This document shows, in pieces, positions 24,971 to 36,511 of a stretch of DNA of 64,000 nt (its first letter is position 1; each line of letters starts with the position of its first letter). Source of the DNA: Leucoraja erinacea (lineage: Eukaryota); the NCBI RefSeq assembly GCF_028641065.1, contig NC_073398.1, forward strand, positions 28,706,001-28,770,000. The letters run 5' to 3'. The translations under genes were made by a program, and so were the position numbers. The notes beneath the pieces were generated by a model. That model saw nothing but the letters and a program-made list of their open reading frames with translations. It did no database searches and was not told the origin of the DNA.

Positions 24971-26020
24971 ACTGATGTTGATATGTTCTCTAGGTTTGCC
25001 ATGTTGCTCTTGCTCATGGTCCAAAATCTACATTTAATATCGTCTTGATGTGCTCTCATCTTAGGTACCTGAATAACTGTTAATTGTTTCCATTTATTTT
25101 GACCCATCCTTTCATAATAGTAAAAACTTTTAAAACATTTTGTTATCACAAAATAATACATTCTTTCTACAAAATCTCTTGCCACACTCCATAAAAAGCA
25201 ATCCATTATTCCACACTAAACTTCAACAGTTGCTTTATTAATATTGGTTTTACATTTTCATTTAAACAGTAACATCCTGATTTGGAAAGCAGAGCTTTTA
25301 TTGTATCAGAATTTAAATATAAAACAGGATAAGATTTAGGAAAACTGAAACCTTGCATAAAATCTTGTTCACATATCTTGCGGAGGAAGAATTAGAACTG
25401 AGGATGCTGAGCCAGTAGCATAAAATATCAGCTAGTTTATACAGAAAGTTGTTGGCATTAGCTAATTATTAAGAGTCACATTTGGTATCAGCAACAATTA
25501 GTTTAGTTGAAGGTCCCTGCATTATTCCTAAATGCACTCAGTTAAATAAACACTTGCAGGTAAATAATATCGTTATGAAGTTCTGAAATATTTACAGCAA
25601 CAACATGCTTTGAGTGAGGTTGGTATTTTAATACGAAAAACACAACAGGTAGTATACTCACAGCAAACTCACACAGCAGTAATGTGACAGATTTGTTTTT
25701 GTGAAGTTGATTTTCGGATAACTTGCTTGTCTTTCTTCTGTGTCGTTTCATGAGATCAAGTTTGACGGGGCCTTAGTCCGACGCTTCTTTCAAAATAAAG
25801 AACCTCTGACATACTATGCCAAACTAGATAATTATATGTTTACCAAATAACCTTCACTTGTTTAATCAATAAATGAAAACATTCAAATAAAAACAACTTA
25901 TTTTTCACCTAAGGTTGCTTACACGGCCCGATATTATTCTGCATATTCCAAAGAATCTCATTCTTTCCAGGAAGGAAAGTAAACTAATATAACAAGACCA
26001 GTGAGTTCCTTGGAACTATA

Positions 26021-26762
26021 GGGTGATTTCACGAAAGGTCACTGAAGCGTAGATCCGCACCCACGTGACCGAAAATCTCAAGTGGAGGACATGCTAGACA
26101 TCCGGTACATGTTAGTGGATGGGAAAACACGCACTTTCCCACCCGTTAAAAACATAGAAAACGGCCAGGTTTTGATCTGCAATTTATTGTGCCAGTCGGG
26201 GTGACCGTGAGGCACAGCTACCTAGATTTACAGTAAAAAAAAAAGATAGAAAATAAGGAAAATTAAAGAGGGAGCTGAAGGTGCCAATCCAGCGGAAGTG
26301 ACCAGCGGACATTTGCCGTGGAGATTTAAAGGTCCAAAATATCGGGAATTATCGCGTTTGCTCACTGAATTTCATCAAAAGTAATTATTGAATTATTGAC
26401 ACTTTTGATGAAATTCAGCGAGCAAACGCGATAATTCCCGATATTTTGAACCTTTAAATCTCCACGGCAAATGTCTGCTGGTCACTTCCGCTGGATTGGC
26501 ACCTTCTGCTCCCTCTTTAATTTACCTTAGTTTCTATCTTTTTTTTTTACTGTAAATCTAGGTAGCTGTGCCTCACGGTCACCCCGACTGGCACAATAAA
26601 TTGCAGATCAAAACCTGGCCGTTTTCTATGTTTTTAACGGGTGGGAAAGTGCGTGTTTTCCCGTCCACTAACATGTACCGGATGTCTAGCATGTCCTCCA
26701 CTTGAGATTTTCGGTCACGTGGGTGCGGATCTACGCTCCAGTGACCTTTCGTGAAATCACCC
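26021..26762. mobile_element. Palindromic MITE / foldback element
   Basis: 362-bp inverted arms (26021-26382, 26401-26762), about 8 mismatches by eye, 18-bp spacer, TA on both flanks. Confidence 0.9.
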
Positions 26763-27048
26763 TATTCGTTAGTCAACTACAAAGCAAATAAAGGTAGAAT
26801 ATACCAAAAATAGTTCTGTCCTGCATTGTTTTGGCGGATTAGTGAAAGACTCTGCTATCTACATGACGATCTAATGGTATTTTATTGATCTAGTTTAAAG
26901 TGGAATATTTATTTTTAAACTTTTTTCGATGGTAATCATTGCTCTCTAATGCGTTTCTATGTATCTCAAGTGTCCTGTGTTTGAGCTGCGGAACCTTTCT
27001 TCGGGACGTCTTGTTGCGGCCGGGACGCCAATAACTGTGGGATCGAAG

Positions 27049-27155
27049 ATGGCGGCATGCGAGAGCGATGGTGATGTTCTTTCAACAAGCAACAGAAATG
27101 CGTCCGAGACTCCGCAGAAAGTGCGGCAACTATTGTCCGACAGCATCGCAGAGAC
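27049..27155 (+). CDS. ZC3HC1: ZC3HC1 (NIPA) coding exon 1 (MAACESDGDV...ETPQKVRQLLSDSIAE)
   Basis: AAGATGGCGGC start context; TPQKVRQL motif of NIPA; GTAAAT donor, phase 2. Confidence 0.9.
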
Positions 27156-29933
27156 GTAAATTCAACACATTTCTGAGTTCTTTTTCTTCCCAGGGGTGTT
27201 AGTGCGCATATATGAGAATGAATGGGCCAGTCCCACGATTCTGTCCCATGGGATCGTTTCTCACTAAATTATTCAGGGAAATCAGTTTTGCGGCGTTTGC
27301 TGAAGAGAATTAACTGCAAAAGAGAAGAGTCAAGATACCCTCTCTCATCCGCTAACCTCTGGTGTATCTCCAAACAATTGTACCTGCTTCTTGGGTCAGA
27401 TGGTCGTGAGTTCATCCCAATCCAGAGATTTCACCATAAGATGCAGTTCTGTTTATTCAGAGTTAGTTCAATAACAGCGGGTTGATGTCTGATTTCTTTT
27501 CATTTGTTCTCTTGGACAGGACATTCTACTTCTGGCAGTCCATTGCAGTCCCTAAACCATGCTGAGTTTTATCTTCTCTCGTGACATTCTATATTCCCTG
27601 GTTCTTGTACACCTGTTGATGGAATATTTTTTCTATTCTGCCTATACCCCTTGATAACTTTAATTACCTTTATCGTATCCCTTTATATATGTTGTTCCAA
27701 GTAGAACAATCCTCGTGTATCCACATGCTCTGGAATCGTTTTGTCAAACTACTGCACCCTTAGTACAAACCTTTCGCCTTTCCTAAAGTGTGTTGTATAG
27801 ATCTATTTTCTAGATAGTAAATTAGTGGCTGAGTATTGCTCTATAAAGATTTATCAACATTTCATTTCTTATACTCTATGTCACATTATATTAAGCCATG
27901 ACTGCTGTGTACTTCAACTACTTTCTCAGCCTGTCCAGCCTCCTTCAACAAAAACGCACATCCAATCTCAAATTTGTCTGTTCTAAAATAATAATAATTA
28001 ATTTTGGGGCACTGGGCATTGCTGGCAAAGATCAGCATGAATTGCCTGTGAGAAAATGGAAATATTTCCACAGTGATGTTGCATTGAGGAGTTTCAGGAT
28101 TTAGGTAAAGCAATGATGAAAGATCAGGAATGCCTCCAGGTGGTGCCTGGCTAAAGGGAGAATCTGTAGCTCTTGTTCTGAATGAGGTAAAGGTCAAAGC
28201 TTTTGGAATGTTGTCAGATTAGCCTGGGTGAGTAACTGGGTTGTGTTGGAGATGAATAAAGGCAAATGGAACGTATTCAGCTATAACTCTGACATGCTTT
28301 GTAGAGAGTGGAAGGAATTTGGGCAGGAATTGTATTACTTGCTGCAGAAGATATAGCCTCTGACCTTGGTTTGTCATAACAATAGTTATGTGTCTAACCT
28401 TATTGAGTTTTTTGTCAATGGTGATCCATAGGCTGTTGATGATGGGGTTTCAGCAATGGTAACGGCATTGAAAATCAAGGGTAGGTGGATTGACCATTGT
28501 CAACAGGGCAGATGTATGTCTGAAACCTTTGGTGCAAATGTTACTTACAGCTTATCATCCTGTGACTAAAAGCTATTTTAAGTCTTGCTATGTGCAGGAA
28601 TGCACTGAATTAATTGTTGAGGACTTGCAACCAGATTTGTACATTATGCAATGGTCATCATTTATGACCTTGTGGTGGGAAGAAGGCCATGAAAGAGGCT
28701 GCTAACATTGGCTAGGCCTGGAATATACATTGACAACCTTGTATAGTGATATTTTGGACTGGGATAATTAACCTCCAACTATTTTCCTCTGTGCAAGTAT
28801 GACTTCACCCTCTAGGATATTTTTTCCTTGATACCCATTGACTTCAGTTTTATCAATCACCCTTGATGCTGTGTAATAACAAGAAACTGCAGATACTGGT
28901 TTGTACCAAAGAAAAACTCAAACTGCTGGAGTAACTCAATGAGTCGTGCTGCACCTTTGGAGAACATGGACAGATGGAGTTTCGGGTAGGGATCCTTCTT
29001 CAAACCTTGATGCCATACGTGGTCAAATGCTGCCTTATGTCAAAGAGAGCTATCTCGCCTCACTTCTGGAATTAAGTTCTTGGATTTAAATTTGAAACAA
29101 CTCTCTGAAGAGGTCTAGAGCCATGAATCCTGTGAAATGCAAAATGACATTGGTGAACTAGTTAGTGGTGAGTAAGCCCTGCTGGATAGCACTGTTAACA
29201 AAGCCTTCCATCACTTTGATGCTGATTAAGAATAGACAGAATCCGAAGTAATTGGCTGCATTGGGTTTGTTCTGCTTTTAATGAACAGGACCGATTTCCA
29301 GTGTCAGGTAGGTGGCAGCTTTGTAACTGTTTTGTAGCAGGGAGGTTGTGGGGTGTCAGTTTTCAATACCACTGCGAGGAAGTTGTCTGGACTGAGAGGT
29401 TTTTGCTGTAACCACTCTTATCATTTCTTGATGTCACATGGAAGTAATCTAGGCACCTGAAGACTGGCTTCTGTGATGAAGGGGAATCTCAGGAGGAGTC
29501 ATATATTCAGCACTTCTGGCCGAACAAGGTGCAAATGTCTTAGCCTTGACATTAGCAGTAATGTCAGGGTCTCGCTGTGGTTAGGATTGTGGTCTGTAGT
29601 TTATATTGCTTCTTCTCATTCTTCCTACCAAATGTAACACTTAGCATTGCTCAGGATTAAATTTTATATTTCATATTTATTTGGAATATGCCCATTCCAC
29701 CAGCCTGCAATCTACCTTGGAGCGTCAGCCTGGTTTATATGCTCAAGTCTATGAAGCAGAGCTTCAATCAGTTAACTTCTGATGAACATGTTTGCCCACT
29801 GAGCCACCATTGCTACTAACTATTCATATCTGATGTTGCCCAAAATTAAACCTAAGTTACTGCCATTACATTGATAGTAGAAGTTCTAACACTGTAGTAT
29901 TGGTATCTAATTGTTATTATCTTTGTTTCCTAG

Positions 29934-30048
29934 CGATCAGTCTATTTCCATCCTTGAATCACCTGATGACAGTGATTTGCCAGGATTGCCTGCTCCTTGT
30001 GATTCTGCAAATAAAGAAGCTTTCTTCTCGCGGGTTGAAAGTTTCACA
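29934..30048 (+). CDS. ZC3HC1: ZC3HC1 coding exon 2 (...ANKEAFFSRVESFT)
   Basis: TAG acceptor; KEAFFSRVE motif; followed by U12 donor ATATCCTT. Confidence 0.92.
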
Positions 30049-31464
30049 ATATCCTTCAATGTTGTTATTTAGTCATAGACATGTGCACCTAAGACATCAG
30101 TGTTAAGTATTACAAACCAGTACACTCAGTGGTACAATTGTGAATGAACAGAGTCTTTTACTTCGGGTAGGGTAATCAAGAATTAAAGGGCATAGCTTTC
30201 GGGAAAGAATTAATAGGGGCAACTTTTTCACTCGGAGAGTGATGGGGATATGGAATGAGCTGCCAGAGGAAATAGTTCAGCCAGGTACCACAACAGCATT
30301 TAAAAGACACTTAGACATGTACATTGATAGGAACATGAGCTAAATGTGGGCAAGTGGGACTAGCCTGGAAGAGGCAAATTGGTCAGCATGGATGAGTTGG
30401 GCTGAAACGCCTGTTTCTGTACTTTATGATACTAGTTATGGAGTGCAAACTATACTTGAGTGGAAAAAGCATTCAGGGCCACGTAATGCCTGAAGCAGTG
30501 GTTTCTTGGTCAACTTTGAGCTGTTGAATTTCTGGTTTGGTGGAGGAAGGCTTGTGTGACTTGTAAATACACTATTAATTGTTGGACCATTTAAAATGGA
30601 CAGGAGGAAGACAGCTCCAGATTATTGAAGGGTTTAGACCAATACAAGCATGAAGGGCAAAATAGTAGCCTCCTGGATGAAAGAAGGGCCTTGACCCGAA
30701 ATGTCACCTATTCCTTCGCTCCATAGATGCTGCCTCAGCCGCTGAGTTTCTCCAGCATTCCTTTCTGCCTCCCGGATGAATGTCTCTTGTAAAAGCAGGA
30801 AGTGATTAATAATTAAAAGGAATGTTAACGTAAATTTGAATATGAAATGCCAGCTGCAGGAAATTAGGTGGCATTGGTGTAGTCAGAGGGTGCCAAAGTT
30901 CAAGTAGTAATTTGTGGTGAATTAGCTGAACGACCGCACACATTGTGCTAAGTTGGGTGAAGGGCTGGAGGTGGCAGCAGCTTGCCAGAGTTCCTGTGTC
31001 AACGATTATCCAGTAACGTACTGGAAAACTACAACCCGATTCCTATCTGATGCTCCCCATCGGGATAGGTTGCCCGTAAAATATGTGTATAACGAACGAC
31101 CATTCATGCAGTTTTGAAGGGTGCGGTGAGTCGACACCTTCACAGAGTAGAAGTAAGAAAATCTTGGGGGGGAATTGAAGAAAAGCTTTGAGCAAACGAC
31201 ATAATTCCTGATATGTGGAAAGGATTGGAGCATGAACCTGAGCCTCTGGTGTTCAGCCAGATAGTGAGAGATAACGCTTGCACCCCCTCCTACATGCCTG
31301 ATATGAAAATTTTAAAATACAATCATGCTCCCAATCTGTATATATCAGAGACCATTAATTCTATAACAGATTGAGGGGAAAAAACCCATAGAGGGGATGT
31401 TGTGCACAAAGTTAAGAAAGCTTCTTAATAAATGGAGAAGGCACATTTTTCTTGACAAAGCTAC
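30049..31464 (+). other. ZC3HC1: U12-type AT-AC intron (ZC3HC1 intron 2)
   Basis: 5' ATATCCTT; branch TTTCTTGAC at ~31448-31456; 3' AC; splicing restores frame (ESFT|SFKWAG). Confidence 0.92.
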
Positions 31465-31615
31465 TCATTCAAGTGGGCTGGGATGTCCCTTGAGCTCTCC
31501 CCTTTCCACTGTGCTAAGTATGGCTGGACCAATATTGAATGCGATGTGTTGAAGTGTTTCAGCTGTCAAGCTTTCCTATGCGCGACTCTGCATCCTTTAC
31601 AGGACGTCAACAAGT
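31465..31615 (+). CDS. ZC3HC1: ZC3HC1 coding exon 3 (SFKWAGMSLELSPFHCAKYGW...CDVLKCFSCQAFLC; zf-C3HC)
   Basis: AC acceptor after TTCTTGAC branch site; GTAAG donor; 151 nt. Confidence 0.93.
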
Positions 31616-32578
31616 GTAAGATGTGTGTTTTATATTGACCAACAGTTTGTTCCTTTATAAATTGTTTTTATTTTCCTTTTCGCAACCCGTCAATCTTCTC
31701 TCTGTCACAAAACGGACAAGCTCGAATGTTGTTGAAGGCTTTGACCCTGTACAGACCAGTGAAGGTTTGGGACTCATTTTCCCCCACCACTACCTAATGC
31801 CTGCCACCACTCAATGGTGCATGAATAAAGCTCTCCAAAATCTTTTTTTTTTTCAAAAATAACATTAAAATTAGAGAGGAACAATGGCCAATTCAACCCA
31901 GCAGGTTCATGTTGGTTGTTATGTTCCACCCTATTTCATTGCACCCCATCAACAAGATTATTTTTATTCTTGTATACTTCCTCTTAAATACATCGACTTT
32001 GTGGTAGTAAGTTCATATCCTAGCGATTCTCCAAGGAAAAAATAGTAAAATATATTCCTTGATGAAATTAGTGGTGGATTTATCCATATGCACCCCCATT
32101 TTAGGAATTCTACACTATTGAAACATCATCTGCACGGCTGTCTTTTCAAATCTATTTAATTTTAACTTGGGTCATCTCTCACTTTTCTATTTTAAGGAGA
32201 AGGAAACATCATGCTGTTTGGCTTTAGAGTTCTGTTATACCCAATCCTGGTATCACCCTTTAATTTTGTATGCATCTACTCGAATTCCCTTATGTAATAT
32301 GAAGATGAGAACTGTGCAGAGTATATATTTCGCACCCTTCTCCCTCAATCCCTTGTGCCTCTAAAATACATTTTCTTGAACTCATTTACATTTTCCCTGC
32401 ATCAGTGTCTTACATTGTCAACTTATTGAATGACTCTCATGTTCTCTCGTAGTCTTCTTTGTTTTCTTTTTGTCGTGTCTTCTGTTTTTGAATCGTTCAG
32501 ATTTTTCCTCAACTGGTTTTATGTTGAGTGATTTACTTAAAACGTATATACATTTATGTGCATTTTTTTACCTTTAAG

Positions 32579-32662
32579 ATAAAGAAAGGCTCGCTGGGCT
32601 GCAGGATGATTTGAAAGCAGCACACAAGAAGTTTTGCTTCTGGCCTGACAGTCCCTGTCCAG
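32579..32662 (+). CDS. ZC3HC1: ZC3HC1 coding exon 4 (YKERLAGLQDDLKAAHKKFCFWPDSPCP)
   Basis: AG acceptor, GTGAG donor; H...C of C3HC finger; 84 nt. Confidence 0.93.
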
Positions 32663-32855
32663 GTGAGGTAGGAAGAGATATGTAGAATTTTTTTGTATTC
32701 TTCACTGTGCTCATATCTGCAAATACTTTCAACCCACAGTCGGTATCGGGCCCTTGTTTTTTTTATGTTGATTTTATTTAACTTTGATTGGAGCAGGTGA
32801 AGGGCTGAATAGCATCTATGTAGGTGTCTAAATCTTTCTTCCATGTTCCTTGCAG

Positions 32856-32983
32856 ATCGGTTCTGGACTTTACCTCTGAATGAACCAGCAGCTCTCCTTC
32901 ACGAGATGGCGGAGCGGTTCAAGTGTCTGTGCATCTTGGACACACAGTTACCTGTCCTCAAACAAGATGACCTCGGAGTGATG
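32856..32983 (+). CDS. ZC3HC1: ZC3HC1 coding exon 5 (DRFWTLPLNEPAALL...LDTQLPVLKQDDLGVM)
   Basis: CAG acceptor, GTGAGT donor; 128 nt; frame continuous. Confidence 0.93.
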
Positions 32984-33812
32984 GTGAGTTTGACAGGTTG
33001 ACTTTGCCCTCACACTCCACTCCTGTCTCTCTGCCGGGGTATAATTCTGTGGGCAGCATTAGGTTGCTTTCACCTTAGATTTCCTTCAGTCAGAGGTTTT
33101 GACAATACTTAATGGGATTTTTCTTATCCGCATTGAGGTAATTAAAATAGATGAAATTCTCTAGTAACAGGAAGCTGAAATTGACTCCATACATCGAATC
33201 AAAACAGCTTGGGAGAATTCTCCACACTTGGCAGTGGGTGAATAATAAGTTGGAGATAAAACCTGTACTAAAGCAAAACTTTCCTTTGAGCTGTGACAAG
33301 TTTTTTTTTTCATTGAGATTTTCCGAGTCAAGGATTTAAAGGGATTGAGAAAGGATATGAAAGAGCTGATCCGAGTTCCCACAGTTCTAAAGATGGCCAA
33401 CAAAGAACAGGTTAGTGCTGGAAAATATGCAGTGGGTTTTCATTTTCATGCAGAGAACAGAAAGATGACAATCTGTAGTGCAATGAAGGACAGCTTTCTC
33501 TTTTAGTGGTGGGGCAGTGTGCTGATGTCGTTCACGAAGGTCTGGTCACCAGATGGGTGAAGTTCCTGCTGAACCATAGCTTACTGACAGACTGGCTCCT
33601 TGCATTTCTTTGTAATAGATCACTGTCTACTGGTCTTTCATATTCCTATGTTACTAAGTTGATCAGTTGAAAACCGATTGGTGTGCTGGCCTTGAATCAA
33701 ACAATGGTTATGAATCCAATATTCCTGGGAATTATTATCAGATTTATTTCTTTGGAATTCAATGGTACAGTTCAGTACATGCATCACTAACCACCGCTCT
33801 GCTCTCAAACAG

Positions 33813-33970
33813 ACCATCAAGGAAGAAACCATCAGCCTCCTGTTGCAGTTGGTAGAAGACGAATTAAAGTCTGACACTAAAGATGACAGTCCTGTGCTCA
33901 AGAGCAGTGGTGATCTGCTCCCTGCCCATGTTTCGGCCTGTGTCCTTGCTCTGTCCGGCTGGACTGCTGG
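33813..33970 (+). CDS. ZC3HC1: ZC3HC1 coding exon 6 (TIKEETISLLLQLVEDEL...HVSACVLALSGWTA)
   Basis: ORF 33762..33974; CAG acceptor, GTAAG donor. Confidence 0.93.
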
Positions 33971-34629
33971 GTAAGAATCCAAAATAAATTAGTAGTTTCT
34001 AGTTGCTTTCATGGACCTGTGCCTGCTTGGAATCATTGGCTAAATCTTGAAACATTTCACCAGTGCCTCCTTTATCCCTCACCATTCCTATGGTTTAATC
34101 ACCCAAGTTATTCATGACAGTTCAATGCTACTCCTTCCCTATCTCCACAAAATGAAGGCTGATGGTACGATGCAATTCCACAGACAATGGCCAACTTTGT
34201 TTATTTAAAACATTTGGCCATTCCTTAGCAAGGGTAAAGAGTAACAGCTATTGTTTCAAGGAATGTAGAATGTGCAAAAGCCAAAATGCGCAGGGTAAAT
34301 TTCCACCAAAAGAAATATGCAAATGGGATAAAGGGATGAGTATTGTCCTGGGGTGCTTTCCAAAGTACAATTTGAAATAATGCCATGGGACCTTTACATC
34401 TACATATGAAGGAGAGATGGAATTAACCTCTACTTGGCATCTGAACTGATAGAAGGCATTATCAAGTAAGCATTATTGAGTCATGGAGCTATGCAATGCA
34501 GAAATGCTGGACTGTGTGCCCCACTGGATAGTGTAACTTCCAACTAAGTCACTGAGGAGGTTGAGGGGCTTGTGGTGTGGGAATTTGCATCAATATCTAA
34601 GTGGGATTTTCACCATCATATTTATCTGC

Positions 34630-34818
34630 GTAGGAAAGAACTGCAGATGCTGGTAGATTGAGGTAGACACAAAATGCTGGAGTAACTCAGCATGTAATCA
34701 TCCTGCGGGAAGACGTGGCAGAGGGAGAAAGGTCTGAAGAAGGGTCTCGACCCGTAACATCACCCATTCCTTCTCTCCGGAGATGCTGCCTGTCCCGCTG
34801 AGTTACTCCAGCATTTTG
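34630..34818. mobile_element. Fold-back Penelope tail insertion carrying a captured exon fragment
   Basis: Inverted tail halves; TSD CATCA(T/C)ATTTAT; central 37 nt is the reverse complement of part of ZC3HC1 exon 7. Confidence 0.85.
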
Positions 34819-34862
34819 CATCACATTTATATAACTCTCTACTTTATTTCCAACGTGACTAG

Positions 34863-35106
34863 AACTGCCTCGGATTTCCATCATCTGCCGGTCATCACCT
34901 GCTCGTATTGCATGAGGAAGGTGGGCCTGTGGAGCTTTCAGCAGATTGACACCGTTTGCTCAGCTAGTGATCCTGACGGTTCCGTGTATGGTACCTCGCC
35001 ACAGGAGAACAGATCAGAAACATCAATGCCAACTCCCTCTGCCATGTCTCCCCGTAGGATGATTACACGAAGCCAGGACGCTGCCCAGATACAGACTGGT
35101 GAACAG
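34863..35106 (+). CDS. ZC3HC1: ZC3HC1 coding exon 7 (VITCSYCMRKVGLWSFQQI...SPRRMITRSQD)
   Basis: ORF 34783..35142; TAG acceptor, GTAC donor; 244 nt. Confidence 0.93.
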
Positions 35107-35185
35107 GTACCACTAACTCTCTGGTCTATTCCTATCGTATAACATCCTCCCTTTCTAAAAACCGTGATTTTTTTTTGTTCATCAG

Positions 35186-35392
35186 CACGAAATCACCCCT
35201 ATGCCTATTGGGGCTCGGACACGGAGTCGAGATGCCCACAGTCCCACTCTGGTCGATCGCAGTGAACCAGAAAACATCAGTCCGCTCCAGCGGACCAAGC
35301 GGCCTGTGACTCGAAGCATGGGCCAGGGTGATGTCCCTTCCAGCCCACAGAGGAAGCCAAAGCGTCTGCGTCTGTCTTCATCTACCAGCTCC
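35186..35392 (+). CDS. ZC3HC1: ZC3HC1 coding exon 8 (RTRS...RPVTRSMG...VPSSPQRKPKRLRLSSSTSS; NLS/phospho-region)
   Basis: ORF 35201..35458; CAG acceptor after a 79-bp intron; GTAAGT donor. Confidence 0.93.
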
Positions 35393-36033
35393 GTAAGTAG
35401 CAGTGCATTTGGGTGGATCGCTAGGGAGAACTGTGCTACCAAACTGTTACACTGGTAGATCCATAGCACTGGAACTACATATCTGAGTTTGTTAGCTCAT
35501 TGTCACCTCCAGTTCTGAAGCTCTTCAATGCCTGTTCTCTCCACTCCACTGTTGATAGTCATGTCTTCAGTTACCTGGCTCTAAAATGTCATCCTTATTC
35601 TAGAATCTGAAACATGCCCTCCGACCTAACTTAACCATACCCCATCTACAGTGGTCCCACCTGCCCGCCTTTGCCCATATCTCTCTAAACCTTTCCTATC
35701 CTTTCTCTCTATCTTTCTCTTCTCCTTCAAGAAGATACTTAAAACTTATCTCTTCAGCCCATTTTTTTTGTTGTTGTCACCTGTCATTGCCAAACCTTGA
35801 GCAAAATACAAATTGCTGGAGGAACTCAGCAGGCCAGGCAGCATCTGTGGAGAAAATGGAAAGGCAATGTTTTAAATTGGGAACCTTCTTCAGTTTTTAG
35901 ATCCGCTGAGTTCTTCCAGCACGTGGTGTTGTGCTCAAGTTCCCAGCATCTGTAGTCCCTCGTGTCTCCATTGCCAAATCTTGTTTGATTCAATGCTGAA
36001 TTGGTTACAAGGTTTTGAATATTTGTGGAAAAG

Positions 36034-36511
36034 GATATGATATGCCATTTATTGTCACTATACATGTACAGTGAAACTGAAAGCTGCTCGTACTCGGTGG
36101 TGCATACATACAATTTAGCACAAAAAACAAGACAGAAAAACAAAAAACAGAAGGGAGAAGGGGGGGGGGGGGATGGGGGGGGATAGCTGCACAATTTCTG
36201 CGGCGCTACATACATATATACATATATACAGATGGAAGTCCGTGGTGTTGGGCAGTGAAGTCAGTGCATGTGTGAATTAGAATTAATAGTAGTTATAATT
36301 CTCGGAAAGCAACTATTTCTGAGTCTATTTGTCCTGGATTTGATGCACCTATAGCGCCTTCCAGAGGGCAGCAGGTCGAACAGTCCAAACGCAGGATGGG
36401 AGCTGTCTTTGATGATCTTCTTTTCCCTGCTAAGGCAGCGGGAGGTGTAGATGTCCATCAGGGAGGGGAGAGGGCAGCCAATGATCCTCTGCGCTGTCCT
36501 AGTTACCCTCT
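36034..36511 (-). mobile_element. Rex1/Babar 3' fragment
   Basis: ORF 36261..36563 LQRVTRTAQRIIG...LLPSGRRYR. Confidence 0.85.

Noticed and set aside
35164-35196. GTGATTT/AAATCAC stem enclosing the ZC3HC1 exon 8 acceptor
   Set aside because: Only 7 AT-rich bp; compatible with chance
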